A stretch of 42,569 bases of DNA, taken from contig NC_068993.1 in the NCBI RefSeq assembly GCF_001194135.2, forward strand, positions 48,264,195 through 48,306,763. Reading direction: 5' to 3'. Origin of the DNA: Octopus bimaculoides (lineage: Eukaryota). The notes below the pieces were generated by a model that worked only from the letters and a program-made list of their open reading frames with translations, was not told the origin of the DNA and did not search any database. A program made the position numbers and the translations under genes. Shown here piece after piece: positions 1 to 13,799 of the stretch (position 1 is the first letter of the stretch; each line of letters opens with the position of its first letter).

Positions 1-779
1 TATATATATATATATATATGAGTAAATATAATGAGGATCTAATTAGGCACGACGAATGACACAGGGTATTAAATACATTTAATAGAATGCATGTACATGT
101 GTATGAATATAAAATACCCCGACTTACAGAATATGAATGACATCAGATGTTAAAAGAGTAGAGTTTTACGAATCCAACAGCTGTTTCTTGGGTGTGATGG
201 TCCGGAATAATGATAGTTACTTGGATCCATTATCGGATAAGATCGTTTCTATCTTCAGAGAAGAATTTTACATAGGAGATTTATACTTAAATATATATAT
301 TTATAAATATATATATATATATGTAAATATATATATATATATTAAAAGTGAGTTTGAATCTTGCTGGCAACGTTACTCAGCCAAACCGGCGTATAATGGG
401 AAAATATTATGAATTAATCTACCCTGAAATATTAATATGAACGGAATGAAACAAGTTTCGCATAAATTGGTAAACTTTTTTTAGAGATATCAGAGATTTT
501 AATCCAATTTTTGTTCCAGGAAATGTTTCTATTTTTGCTTTTGTTAAACGCAATATTTTAATAATTTGCAAATAATTTTAAGTGAATGTGATTTCAAAAG
601 TGTAATACTTTAATGTTTATTATAATTATTTTCAAGTGAGTTCCATTAGAAAAATTTATTTTCGGCATATTTAAAAATTATTCTAAAGTGATAATGAGTT
701 TAAAAAATACTGTAAATATTTCGTAAAAAAAACGTTCGAAACCTCAGTACGAAATAGTTTTTTCCGGTGGTAATAAAAC

Positions 780-1293
780 TCAGAATTTTGAGAGACGGAA
801 TGAATACTCTAAGGTATTCTAATCTGTCCCATGCTCTAAATTATATGCCACCAACCTTACATCTAGTAACTTTTTTTGCTAATGGCAGAAGACTTGAAAT
901 TTAGTGGCATGAGTTTTACTTGATTACATCAAACCCAGAGATCAACAAGTAATATTTTATTGAGGCCGAAATTATGCAAAGCAAAATTAATCTCAGCGGA
1001 ATTTGAATGCAGCCCAGTTAATCATTTGTCTGGCGTTCTAACAATTGTGCTAGCTCACTGCCTTACCCTTAATTCTAATAATGGTTTAAGATTTTGTTAC
1101 AGGGCCAGCAATTTTAGGGACATGGGTAAGTTGGTGTCTTCGGACTCACTGTTGGAACGTATTTATTTTCTCGACCCTGAAAGGATGAAAATTAAAGCTG
1201 ACCGAGATGGAATTCGAACTCAAGACATTAAATAGCGAAGAAATACCGTAAAGAATTTTTCCCTGTGTGCGAACGATTCTGCCACCTGGCCTT
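780..1293 (-). mobile_element. Cluster of diverged SINE family B copies (about 780-850, 880-1015, 1081-1293)
   Basis: CGACCCTGAAAGGATGAAA, GGAATT(C/T)GAA(C)TCA and ACGATTCTGCCA motifs are shared with 24048-24222. Confidence 0.7.
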
Positions 1294-2460
1294 CTTACTC
1301 TTAGTATTAGAAAAATAAAATTCAGAAGTGTCGCAATATGTCGATGCCAAACTATTACTCGTAATTATTTTACCGATATATAGAGAGATGAAATACAGGT
1401 ATAAATAAAATTACTAATTTCAGGCGACGATTCAATTGCCTGTAGCATCCACTACATTGCGTGGCTCTGTGCCAATGTTTAAATATGAAGATAACAAAAT
1501 GTAAAGCAAGGAAAACGTCCGTTCAATATTTTATGGTTTTACAGCACGTCCATTTGTGTTGGGTGTTAAGTACCGCCGTTGATTCAATCATGTATAGTCC
1601 TTTCTTGAAGTGATTAGACTCGTGTCTAACAGATAAAGGGTTAATAAGGATTATTAACATTAATAAAGCTATATCCTAGGTTTTTAATATTTAGCATGTT
1701 TCTGATATTGCTCTATTTCTTGCCATCATTCGCGGGCGCGTTTACACATACAAACAATCAGACGCACGCACTTAAACACTCTTTCTCTCTCTTCCTCTCT
1801 CTCTCGCTCTCTCCCTTTCTTACTGTCTCTCTGTCCATCTCTATCCTCTCTCTTTTCTCTCTCTCTTTCTTTCTCTCTCTGTTTCACACGCACGCACAAA
1901 CAAACAGATACACACACACACAAACACACACAAACATAGAGACGCCTGCACGCACGCACGCACAAACACGCATTTTCCATTTCCTCCATCCTCCGTCTTT
2001 CACATTCCGGAGCATTCTGATAAAAAATAATTAATAATATAAGTGTTGATAGCCCATGACTCAGGTGAATTAAGTGTTTTCGCGGATTTGGCAAACACTC
2101 AGCATTGGCATAGGGCAAAGGAGAGCTTGTAGAGAGGAGTAGTGTTAGGTAGAGGAATAATAACGTGCGGGCATAGCTGATGTTGGTAGATATGATGCTA
2201 GCAGTGATACTGATGCTAGCAGTGTTGGTGGTGGTAGTGGTGGTGGTGGTGGTGGCGGTGGTGGTGGTGGTGGTGGTCATCGTCGTCGCCGTCGTAGTGA
2301 ATATCCAATGTTCGATGATAGGGACTGAATTATTTGATCAACTGAATAATCTATTCCTGATTCTAAGTGTAATATCCAAGCATTCCGTAGTCATCAATAT
2401 TCTAGCAGTACTTCTCAAGCAGAATCTGAGAGGTATAGTTTCTAAAACGACTGCCCCTTT

Positions 2461-2527
<67 letters not shown>

Positions 2528-2904
2528 AACGCACTCACACACACATAATGTTTTCTTGAATTTGAAAATAGATCCCAAACTTTCATTCAAGTGTTCAAGC
2601 TAACCGTTTCTGAAACAGATTTACAACTGTTTACATAATAATCCGAGTAAGTGTTTGTGAAGTTTTTCGGCTTCAATAGAGTACTTTCAAACAGTGTACT
2701 TTACCAACCAAAGGTACTCCACTGTACGAATACGGTTATCACTATTTTTTTCATACTTCGGTACTCATAAGTGAATGCGTTTATATGTATACATATATGA
2801 ATGTGTGTGTGTGTGTGTGTGTGCGTGCGTGTGTGTGCGTGCGTGTGTGTATATATAAAGCACGATTTATTCGCGATCAGAGTTGTTTGAAAACCGAGGT
2901 ACTA

Positions 2905-2946
<42 letters not shown>

Positions 2947-4562
2947 NNNNNNNNNNNNNNNNNNNNNNNNNNNNNNNNNNNNNNNNNNNNNNNNNNNNNN
3001 NNNNNNNNNNNNNNNNNNNNNNNNNNNNNNNNNNNNNNNNNNNNNNNNNNNNNNNNNNNNNNNNNNNNNNNNNNNNNNNNNNNNNNNNNNNNNNNNNNNN
3101 NNNNNNNNNNNNNNNNNNNNNNNNNNNNNNNNNNNNNNNNNNNNNNNNNNNNNNNNNNNNNNNNNNNNNNNNNNNNNNNNNNNNNNNNNNNNNNNNNNNN
3201 NNNNNNNNNNNNNNNNNNNNNNNNNNNNNNNNNNNNNNNNNNNNNNNNNNNNNNNNNNNNNNNNNNNNNNNNNNNNNNNNNNNNNNNNNNNNNNNNNNNN
3301 NNNNNNNNNNNNNNNNNNNNNNNNNNNNNNNNNNNNNNNNNNNNNNNNNNNNNNNNNNNNNNNNNNNNNNNNNNNNNNNNNNNNNNNNNNNNNNNNNNNN
3401 NNNNNNNNNNNNNNNNNNNNNNNNNNNNNNNNNNNNNNNNNNNNNNNNNNNNNNNNNNNNNNNNNNNNNNNNNNNNNNNNNNNNNNNNNNNNNNNNNNNN
3501 NNNNNNNNNNNNNNNNNNNNNNNNNNNNNNNNNNNNNNNNNNNNNNNNNNNNNNNNNNNNNNNNNNNCATTTAACAATGTCTTCAGGTGTTGCCAGGAAT
3601 CACTCTGAAAACTTGGTTTCGGAAGATTGCCTATCGGGCTCCGATAAATAGATGAGTACGCCCTTGTGAATATTTGCACACATTCGCGTTTACGCGGGTG
3701 TGTGTGTGTGTGGGTGTGTGTGTGTGTGTGTATGTGTGTGTCTGTGCGTTTGTGTGTGTGTGTGTGTGTGCGTCTATGTGTGTGTCCATGTGTTGGTGCT
3801 TGAGCGTGTGTGTGTATGTGCGTCTGTGGGGGTGAGCTTGAAATAGTAATGGTATGTGGGAGGGAGGATGATGGAGACCATCAAAGAAAGAGAGGTAGAA
3901 AGAAAGAAAAGGGAAAGACGAAACGAAAGGAAGGAAGGAAGGAAGGAAGGAAGGAAGGAGGGAAGGAAGGAAGATACATAGATATGTAAGGAAAGGGTTG
4001 TAAAGTAGTTTTACAGAAACTTACAAAGAAACAGAGACAGTAGGTAATTAACAGCAGGGTTGCCAATTCACACTTAGAATGCACAGATTCCATAACTGGA
4101 AGGCGTTGAAAAGCAGTAAATAAAACTGAAATGTTACAAAGATTCACGTAACAAAAAAGAAGCGCATACATGGGTGTGAATAACAAAAGATTTATATTAA
4201 AAATTTCAGATTTAATTAAATTAAATGCAATTAGCAGAATTACTTTTATTTTTCCGCTAAATATTTTCAAAGATTTCCCGATCAATTTTTTTTTTTAATT
4301 TCTTTTTTGGGTGTAGAAAACTGCATTTTCACATGATTTATAAGCATCCATGGATCCAATTTTCTTTAACCGTTCTCGCTTGGTCGATTATAATCATAAC
4401 AACATTTAACGCTTCGTTTATGTCTATACCCGATGTTCAAAAGTTCTCTTAATGTTTCTATGCTTAAACAGTTACGCTCATTTGATTTCATAAAATTCGT
4501 GTCTCTAAATACTTTCTCCACATCCAAATTTGCATGTGGTAAAACGACAAGTGCTGAACCTA

Positions 4563-5819
4563 TTAGGTTGTCACAAATGAAATGTTGCATTTTTAATTAC
4601 TTATTATTTCAGTCATTTAAATAAAATCTCAATTATGTATACCCTTGCATTTATTCTTGACTCTTTTTCTTTCCAAACAATATCGGTATACAAAATTCGT
4701 CCCCACTGACCTTATGAAATTGATAACAACCAAACTATGTTGAGTGAATTTTTTGTATGATTATAAACTGGTTCCTTCTGCCGTAGAAGTTCTTCGAAAT
4801 ATCAAGCAGGACTTTGGTAATGGTTTTGTTGACATCAAAACTGTTCAGAGATGGTTCTAAAGATCTCGTTCAGGAGATGATAGCCTCGAAAATGTACCAA
4901 GGGGGAGGCCAAAAATCAGTTACTCGGCTTGTTGGATTAAATGCTTTGGCTGAACAAAATCCGAGAACAACGGTCCAAACATCTCGCAGAAATGTTTCTC
5001 GACACTTGAAAAAAATTTGGAAAGAATCAAGAAAATTGATAGGCTTGTTCCACATCAACTGAACGAGATTAAAAATTGAAAAAAAAATTAAAAACAGGCG
5101 CCTCGAAATGTGCTTCTTATTGCTTCCTAGACTGCAAAAAGAAGCATTTTTGCATTGAATCATTACATGTTATGAGAAATGGATACTTTTTGACAGCAGC
5201 AGAACAGGACAATGATTAGACGCAAGAGAGCTACCTAAATACTACATAAACTACCAGTGTGCCCTAAAAAAATTGTGGTAACTGTATGGTGATCCGCGAA
5301 GGGGGTTATTCATTATTCACTTTTGCAACAAGGAAAAACGGTAACAGCATGTGTGTGTGTGTGTGTGTGTATTGCCATTGTATGCATGAGAATTTGAAAA
5401 ACAAGCAACCCAGAATAGTGAACAGAGATAACCCAATTTTGCTCCACGACAACGCACGCCCTCACACTTCTCAAAATATGGTTCCAAAGTTGCAAAGCCT
5501 GAATATTGAGATTTTACAACATCCTCCCTATGCCCCTGATATCTTTCCTATTGATTATCACTTATTTAAGCATTCTGAGCTATTCATACGCAATAAAACA
5601 TTCTTAAACAGAGAAGAGGTAATTGAAGCATTCGGACAGTTTATCACAGCAAATGATGAAAACTTCTTCTTCAAAATGGAATATATGACTTACAGAAACG
5701 TTGGATAAGGTCATAAATGAACATGGATCACACGTTAATTAAATAAATCAGTTCTCAAACACTTATGAAACATTTTATAGTTAGCTTTCAAATATGACAT
5801 TCCATGTGTGACAACCTAA
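4563..5819 (+). mobile_element. Full-length mariner (DD34D) transposon, defective
   Basis: About 30-bp imperfect TIRs starting TTAGGTTGTCACA at both ends, TA duplication at 4561-4562 and 5820-5821, length 1257 bp. Confidence 0.95.
4750..5745 (+). pseudogene. mariner transposase pseudogene
   Basis: HTH region TVQRWF, GRPK, LVPHQL (WVPHEL-like), ITCYEKW (first catalytic D replaced by Y), LLHDNARPH, HPPYAPDIFPIDYHLF with 34 residues between D2 and D3. In-frame stops, frameshifts and a (TG)n expansion near 5350-5371. Confidence 0.93.
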
Positions 5820-7439
5820 TAATTTTGACAAATGTTTCAAATCCCTAAACGATGATATTTCGGCCCAGATAGAACTAATTTTGAAATTTGTGTCAATCAT
5901 ATATTTATTTATTAATTTTCTCCTTTCTAAGTCAATTTTTGTCAGAATCTTTGAATCTTCAACTGAATGCTTAGCAAGGTCTATTGTTGCAGTTTTTATT
6001 GGTTTGAGATATTCGGCTACACTAAAATAACTTATGGATTGTATAAAACCAACACTGTAGGGAGACGCTGTTGAGTTTGCTCCAAAACATCTCCAGCAAA
6101 TGTTATGCATCTGCCTCTTATCCTAGTCTTTTCTTACTCAGTATATTTATATTCTGAGATTTCCTTCACATAGAAATAAGCAAGTTAAGACTACAGATCT
6201 TTACAGTCCTGCTCTGAATCATTTTAATTTAGCCTCTTTCCTGCCACTATGATTATTGTATTGAGTGAATCGAGCAAATGCTGTAGATCATTCAATAATT
6301 TAATGGGCGTCTTGTGTTTTTACTTGAAATTTTTTAACACTTTCAACTTCAGAAACAATTTGTTATAAAATGAGTAGAAAAACAGTTTTTCTGTTTACAA
6401 AATTTTTCTGCCTGAAATTTGGACGGAAAATTCCAAATTAAATTCTGCTCTCACTTTCATCAAAAGCACTAATTTTAGCAGTAAATTTTAGTAAAGGGCA
6501 CTAAAATTACCCGAACGCGTAATTCAAAGGCTCTTTGAGCAGAAAATTGTAAAAAGGTACTAAATTTTACAGCGAAAATAATTACATTGGCAACACTGAT
6601 TAACACATATACGATGTGAGAAGAATGAACAGAAAATGATTGAATGGATGAAAAATGGAATGAAGAGAAATAAAGAAACAAAGTAGAAACGAAACAACAC
6701 AAGAAATAAAGAACGAATATTTTTTTTATTAAAAATCAATATTACACGTGTTGGTATAATGTAAAAGGGGAGCGATGTCTGTTCATGTATTAACGTTGAG
6801 ATAAATGTGTCAGTACACGTATATATGCATATATTCGTGTAAAGCCATATTTGACACGCCCAATTACATTCGGACGCGAGAAGACCTCAACCATGCGGAA
6901 ATAGTCCGAGGAGAAAAGTTCTCCTCCTTGACGACTACAAGAGTATATTTTATTCATCGTTCCCTCGTTCATATATATATATATTTATATATATGATGTA
7001 TGTCTATATGTTTATGTATCTATATGAATATAAAGATGGAGAGAGAAATGGAGGGAGGGAATGGTGAGGGAGACAGTGTGATAGTAAGAGACGAAATGAG
7101 ACGAATATCAACACAGACATCACTGTTCATAGTAAATCTTTAAATCTTGCTTCACTTCTATTCTTTATCTGTTTAAAGAAAGATTTTTAGACTAACTTTA
7201 ATAATTAACTCTGTGAATCCAGATATTTCACAGAGTTCAAGTATAATTGTTAATTATTAAATAGCTATATGACAGTCTTCTCACTTAATAAGATTATCGA
7301 TACAATTCTCTTCATTCTTTCTGTCGTTTGAGGCTGAAGTTAAAATTTGAAATACACGTAAAGAATAAAGAATTACATACTACGAAGATGTTGTATAGTA
7401 CAATTTCTCTCCCTAATTATACTTGTGTACTGATATATA

Positions 7440-8668
<1,229 letters not shown>

Positions 8669-9257
8669 ATAAATTTAATAAAATTTTTTTTTTTAATGGC
8701 AAAAGGTTCAGGGGTGGTTTTCGGAGTGGTTCATCGTGTGTGTTACATTATACTCCGGCGAAGGNNNNNNNNNNNNNNNNNNNNNNNNNNNNNNNNNNNN
8801 NNNNNNNNNNNNNNNNNNNNNNNNNNNNNNNNNNNNNNNNNNNNNNNNNNNNNNNNNNNNNNNNNNNNNNNNNNNNNNNNNNNNNNNNNNNNNNNNNNNN
8901 NNNNNNNNNNNNNNNNNNNNNNNNNNNNNNNNNNNNNNNNNNNNNNNNNNNNNNNNNNNNNNNNNNNNNNNNNNNNNNNNNNNNNNNNNNNNNNNNNNNN
9001 NNNNNNNNNNNNNNNNNNNNNNNNNNNNNNNNNNNNNNNNNNNNNNNNNNNNNNNNNNNNNNNNNNNNNNNNNNNNNNNNNNNNNNNNNNNNNNNNNNNN
9101 NNNNNNNNNNNNNNNNNNNNNNNNNNNNNNNNNNNNNNNNNNNNNNNNNNNNNNNNNNNNNNNNNNNNNNNNNNNNNNNNNNNNNNNNNNNNNNNNNNNN
9201 NNNNNNNNNNNNNNNNNNNNNNNNNNNNNNNNNNNNNNNNNNNNNNNNNNNNNNNNN

Positions 9258-9289
<32 letters not shown>

Positions 9290-9859
9290 ATACACACATA
9301 TATATATATATATATATGTGTGTGTGTAAAAAGCGGGAGATGCTGTCAGTGAATTATTTAGTCATACATTACAAGACAATGGTAAAAAGGAGTCCATCTA
9401 TATGGAAATCAGATTCTTCAAATGTATACCCACCACCAACAGATCCACCCATCTACCCGCCTACCCTCTAACCTTCTCTATCTAATGTCAAATCAATTGC
9501 ATCAAAATCATCTGACAACGACACACTCACCAATAATATCCTGTTTTTCAAAAACGCTTCACTGCACGTCTTCGTGTGCATCTATCTGCATGTGGTGTGC
9601 GCATGCGTATGGCTTTGTAGCATCAGCTACATGCGTGCTAATGTGAGATGCATCGTTTAGTGTACAAATGAATATATTTCTTTCTGTACATGAGAGCAAG
9701 TGAATTTTTGTGTATGTATGCATGTGTGCGAATGCGTGTATTATACATACACGAACATATGTCCGCACAGGGCTGAGTGATAATGCGTTTTTACGTTTAT
9801 ATTTTTATATTATTTATGTTTTTATGGCATTCTTTTGTTTTCTGTAAGCATATTTGTGC

Positions 9860-9890
<31 letters not shown>

Positions 9891-10371
9891 AATATAAATT
9901 TATGAGCGTCAGTGTGCATGTAGAAGTATATATATGTGTGTGAGTATGTTATGTATGTATGTATGTACGTATGTATGTATGTGTGTATGTATGTATTTAT
10001 GTATGTATGTATGTTTGTATGTATGTTTGTATTATCTGTATATTGCCCGTATATGCACTTCGCATATGATGCGAAGTGCAAATCGGGATGATATGCACTC
10101 AGTACAAGTTCTAGAGCATAAATATTTGTGTAAACTTGATGATTCATGAAGCTATTACTCTGAGTTTAACTTCCTACGGGACTGAACAGTGACTTATAGT
10201 AGATATGATATAAATCATAATCGTTAATCAAATTTGTATCTGCATGCATACACACACACACTCACTCACACACACGCGCACACAAACACACATACAGAAA
10301 CTGGAACGTATATACATATATATGCATGCGTGTCTGCGGACATGTGTATCTAACTTTTCTCTCGCTACACG

Positions 10372-10409
<38 letters not shown>

Positions 10410-10630
10410 NNNNNNNNNNNNNNNNNNNNNNNNNNNNNNNNNNNNNNNNNNNNNNNNNNNNNNNNNNNNNNNNNNNNNNNNNNNNNNNNNNNNNNNNNNN
10501 NNNNNNNNNNNNNNNNNNNNNNNNNNNNNNNNNNNNNNNNNNNNNNNNNNNNNNNNNNNNNNNNNNNNNNNNNNNNNNNNNNNNNNNNNNNNNNNNNNNN
10601 NNNNNNNNNNNNNNNNNNNNNNNNNNNNNN

Positions 10631-10662
<32 letters not shown>

Positions 10663-11113
10663 CTTTAAAGAGAGCTCAAAACTGATCCATTGAAAATACT
10701 TTATTATAATAATAATAATAATAATGAAATTGACCTATGAACATTTCGATGCAATATCCAGAACGATTCATGCATATTATAAAATATTATAAGATATTAT
10801 AAAATTTGGGATACCACATCTCATCGGGGCCTTATTATTATTATTATTATTAGTAGTAGTAGTAGTAATATGCAGACAATAAAAATAGAAAACATTCAAA
10901 TACAATTTTCATAGTTGAACTATGAAAACATGCAAAGCAGCATGAAAAGACATGAGATGATATACAACCGTTCAACTTGCTTGAGCTGGTGGTGGTAGCA
11001 GCATCAGCAGCATACCAGCAGAAGCAGCAGCAAAAGCGGCAGGGGCAGCGGGCGTATTTGTAATGCAAGAATATTGCTGAATTGTTTCCTATTACAGTGT
11101 TTTATTAACCGAG

Positions 11114-11855
11114 GCGGAAGTGACGTTTAGTTACTAAATAAATACCAAGGAAGAGTCATCTTGAGACATATTGAATGAATGAAAGGAACCAGCCAATTTG
11201 TAACACAATGATAGAGACTGAATCGTCGTTTTGCAATACATCAATCGAATATGGCGTAGTAGTCATTTTGTAATACATTAAATAAGGCATAAGTGTCACT
11301 TTGTAACACATTAAACGAAGCAGATGTGTTATTTTCTCAAACATTAAATGACTTTGATGTGTCGTTTATTAACACTATTAATATGGTGGAAGTCATATTT
11401 TGTAATGCATTCAATGAAGCGAAAGAGTTATTTTGATATAAATCAAATATAGCAGAATTGTCATTTTGTAACACATTAAGTTAGGCGGAAGCGTCACTTT
11501 GTAACTCGTTTAATGAAGCAGAAGGTTCGTTTTGCAAAACACTAAATAAGGCTGAAATGTCATTTTGTAACACATTAAACGCGGTGTAGTGTTGTTTTGC
11601 AACAAAATAAACAAACCGGAAGTGTCATTTTGTAACACATTAAATGTGGTGGAAGTATAGTTTAATAACGTAATAAATAAGTCGGAAGATCCATTTCGTA
11701 ACACATTAAATAGATGCAGCGTAGCAGTCATTTTGTAACATACTAAGTAAACGGGAAGTGACGTTTGTCGCACATTAAATGCGATAAGTACAACAGTTTT
11801 ATTACGACACTTTTTACTGTGGATGATGGAAGAATAACTTTGAGATACATTGACT
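11114..11855. repeat. Degenerate 33-bp tandem array (about 22 units), consensus near GCGGAAGTGTCATTTTGTAACACATTAAATGAA
   Basis: Units start at 11287, 11320, 11353, 11386, 11419, 11452, 11485, 11518 and 11551, exactly 33 nt apart. The core GTCATTTTGTAACACATTAAA recurs. About 21% mismatch to consensus by hand count over 11 units. Confidence 0.92.
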
Positions 11856-12063
11856 TCAAATTTTGGCACAGCGCGAGCAATTCTGAGGGAGGGTACAAGT
11901 CGATTACAACTACTCCAGTATTCAACCGGTACTTATTTTATCAACCCCAGGACGATGAAAACCAGAGTCGACCACGGCGGCATTTGAACTCAGAACATAA
12001 AGTCGAAAGAAATGCTGCTAAGCAGTTTTTCCCGGTGCGGTAACAGTTCAACCAGTGCGCCTC
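11856..12063 (-). mobile_element. SINE family B (head AGGCGGCGAGCTGGCAGAA)
   Basis: GGTACTTATTTTATCAACCCC...GTCGACCACGGCGGCATTTGAACTCAGAAC; collinear with the reverse complement of 27465-27682. Confidence 0.85.
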
Positions 12064-12149
12064 ACTCAGTTAGGGATTTATTAAATGAGACGGAACATTA
12101 ATTTCGTGTTGAATATTTATTATGCTAGGGGAAGATATTTATATTTTAT

Positions 12150-12430
12150 TTCACATCTGTTGGTCTGTAAATAACAACGTATTTATCAAAATAATTACGC
12201 AAAAAATGATGATCGTGGGACGTTGGAAAAAGAGTGGCCATGAAAATATCGGGAATGATAAGGGTAATATGATGAAAGAATAATTGTGATAATGATGTCG
12301 ATCTCTGAAATAACTGTATGATAATCAATATGTGGATGTACAAAAGGTTCCCTTCAACAACACCAATAGAAAGTGCGCCTGAGAGATCCAACAGATGATC
12401 GATCGATTAGATACGAAAACCAGTCAAATC
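12150..12430 (+). mobile_element. Highly decayed LINE AP-endonuclease relic (RTE/CR1-like)
   Basis: Broken frame IVGRWKKSGHENIGNDKGNMMKE...RKCA*EIQQMIDRL loosely follows the IVGxxGxxxxNxxGxxL...TWxSP...QIDY endonuclease pattern; many stops. Confidence 0.35.
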
Positions 12431-12792
12431 TACCACAAATAACATCCTTCTTTCTGAAAAGTGAAAGAGCATTTGAACAAATTAGTACTAAATATACAAA
12501 AGTTGTGAAAGGCCGTGGTTAAATTGCTATTATTCATACATCTATTCGGTCCAGATGGAGAAGTATTAAAGAACGACAGAATAAAGAACAAAAAACTCAG
12601 ACATCACAAGAACAGAAATTTAAGAATTAGATGAAATTAGAAATAAATCATCGAACAAATCAGATGAGAAACACTAACGACAGAATCACTGACAAGAGAG
12701 GCTATTGAGAGAATATAACATGGGCAATAATACTAGCATTAAGAACAATCAAAGCGTAATAATATACATATTTGTATATGTTATTATTGCCA

Positions 12793-12841
<49 letters not shown>

Positions 12842-13087
12842 NNNNNNNNNNNNNNNNNNNNNNNNNNNNNNNNNNNNNNNNNNNNNNNNNNNNNNNNNNN
12901 NNNNNNNNNNNNNNNNNNNNNNNNNNNNNNNNNNNNNNNNNNNNNNNNNNNNNNNNNNNNNNNNNNNNNNNNNNNNNNNNNNNNNNNNNNNNNNNNNNNN
13001 NNNNNNNNNNNNNNNNNNNNNNNNNNNNNNNNNNNNNNNNNNNNNNNNNNNNNNNNNNNNNNNNNNNNNNNNNNNNNNNNNNNNNNN

Positions 13088-13380
13088 AACAAGTTAGAAG
13101 TTCATGTAGGTGTTATGCCTAGAGTACCATATATTTGGATTTGTACAGTATTGTTCAAGTGAATGTTTAAGAAACCATAAGAAAATTATGTGTTTGCTTT
13201 AAAATTTGAGATCACATAGACAGTATTTTACGTAGGATATGGGCAGTTCCCATGAGCACTATCTTTTGAACTTCAGCCATTTTGGGGTTTCCTGGTATCT
13301 GAGCTTGGTAGTAATCAGCCCGTTTCGCTGTCATTCCCAGGGCACCTATGACAATAGGTATTGTTTTCGTCTTCAGATTC

Positions 13381-13382
<2 letters not shown>
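13088..13382 (-). mobile_element. 3' end of a restriction-like-endonuclease (R4/Dong-type) non-LTR retrotransposon
   Basis: Minus frame WNLKTKTIPIVIGALGMTAKRADYYQAQIPGNPKMAEVQKIVLMGTAHILRKILSM* (stop 13212-13214), then 3' UTR running into the gap. The 5' truncation abuts (ATT)n at 13381-13443. Confidence 0.85.
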
Positions 13383-13446
<64 letters not shown>

Positions 13447-13700
13447 ATACATATAATATATATATATATAAATATATACATATATATACATATATACACA
13501 CACACATGCACACACACATATGTATATGAATATATGTATGTATGTACGTATGGATTATGTAGGTATGTATTTCTCAAGTATATAATCATTTGTCACACCA
13601 AATATACGTCTTTGTGCAAAAAGATATTTAAAAGATTTCATACACACATTCGTTTGTGTGCATGCGTCTGTAAATGTGTGTACGCTTGTGCATGTATGTA

Positions 13701-13799
<99 letters not shown>

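Larger units (their letters stand above)
4366..6370 (-). pseudogene. hAT transposase C-terminal remnant (stops, frameshifts, split by mariner)
   Basis: Segments QIVSEVESVKKFQVK, KLLNDLQHLLDSL, RIRGRCITF..VLEQTQQRLP, SSIWAEISSFRDLKHLSKL (to 5820), then GSALVVLPHANLDVEKVF (from 4560). The last two join in frame once 4563-5821 is removed. Confidence 0.85.
4055..6598 (-). mobile_element. hAT-superfamily DNA transposon, internally deleted, non-autonomous, interrupted by a mariner
   Basis: TIRs CAGGGTTGCCAAT (4055) and CAGTGTTGCCAAT (reverse complement ending 6598), 12/13 identical. Flanks ATTAACAG (4047-4054) and ATTAACAC (6599-6606) form an 8-bp TSD with 7/8 match. The minus strand encodes decayed transposase pieces, including the C-terminal dimerisation-like motif LPHANLDVEKVF...KSNERNCLSIETLRELL. 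Confidence 0.9.

Noticed and set aside
137-412. 91-aa ORF MTSDVKRVEF...
   Set aside because: About 50 unique codons then (TA)n; no motif recognised. The minus-strand donor near 128 has no open exon frame.
2300-2460. Minus frame SRFRNYTSQILLEKYC*NIDDYG... looks protein-like
   Set aside because: Four stops in about 50 codons, no splice signals, no recognisable family.
362-3600. TGGCAACG (about 364) and GTGTTGCCA (about 3587) as a second hAT TIR pair
   Set aside because: They face outward, match only 8-9 nt and have no TSD.
5286-5708. 140-aa ORF as a host SETMAR-like gene
   Set aside because: It is the C-terminal part of a frameshifted mariner bounded by TIRs; there is no SET domain.
10705-10851. 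Segment between (TAA)n and (TTA)n as another Dong insertion or fold-back element
   Set aside because: No RT/REL motif or UTR similarity to the other copies; only the microsatellites are inverted.
11114-11855. CRISPR-like repeat-spacer interpretation of the 33-bp array
   Set aside because: The units are head-to-tail and degenerate throughout, the variable part is only about 10 nt and alignable, there are no cas genes, and the context is eukaryotic.
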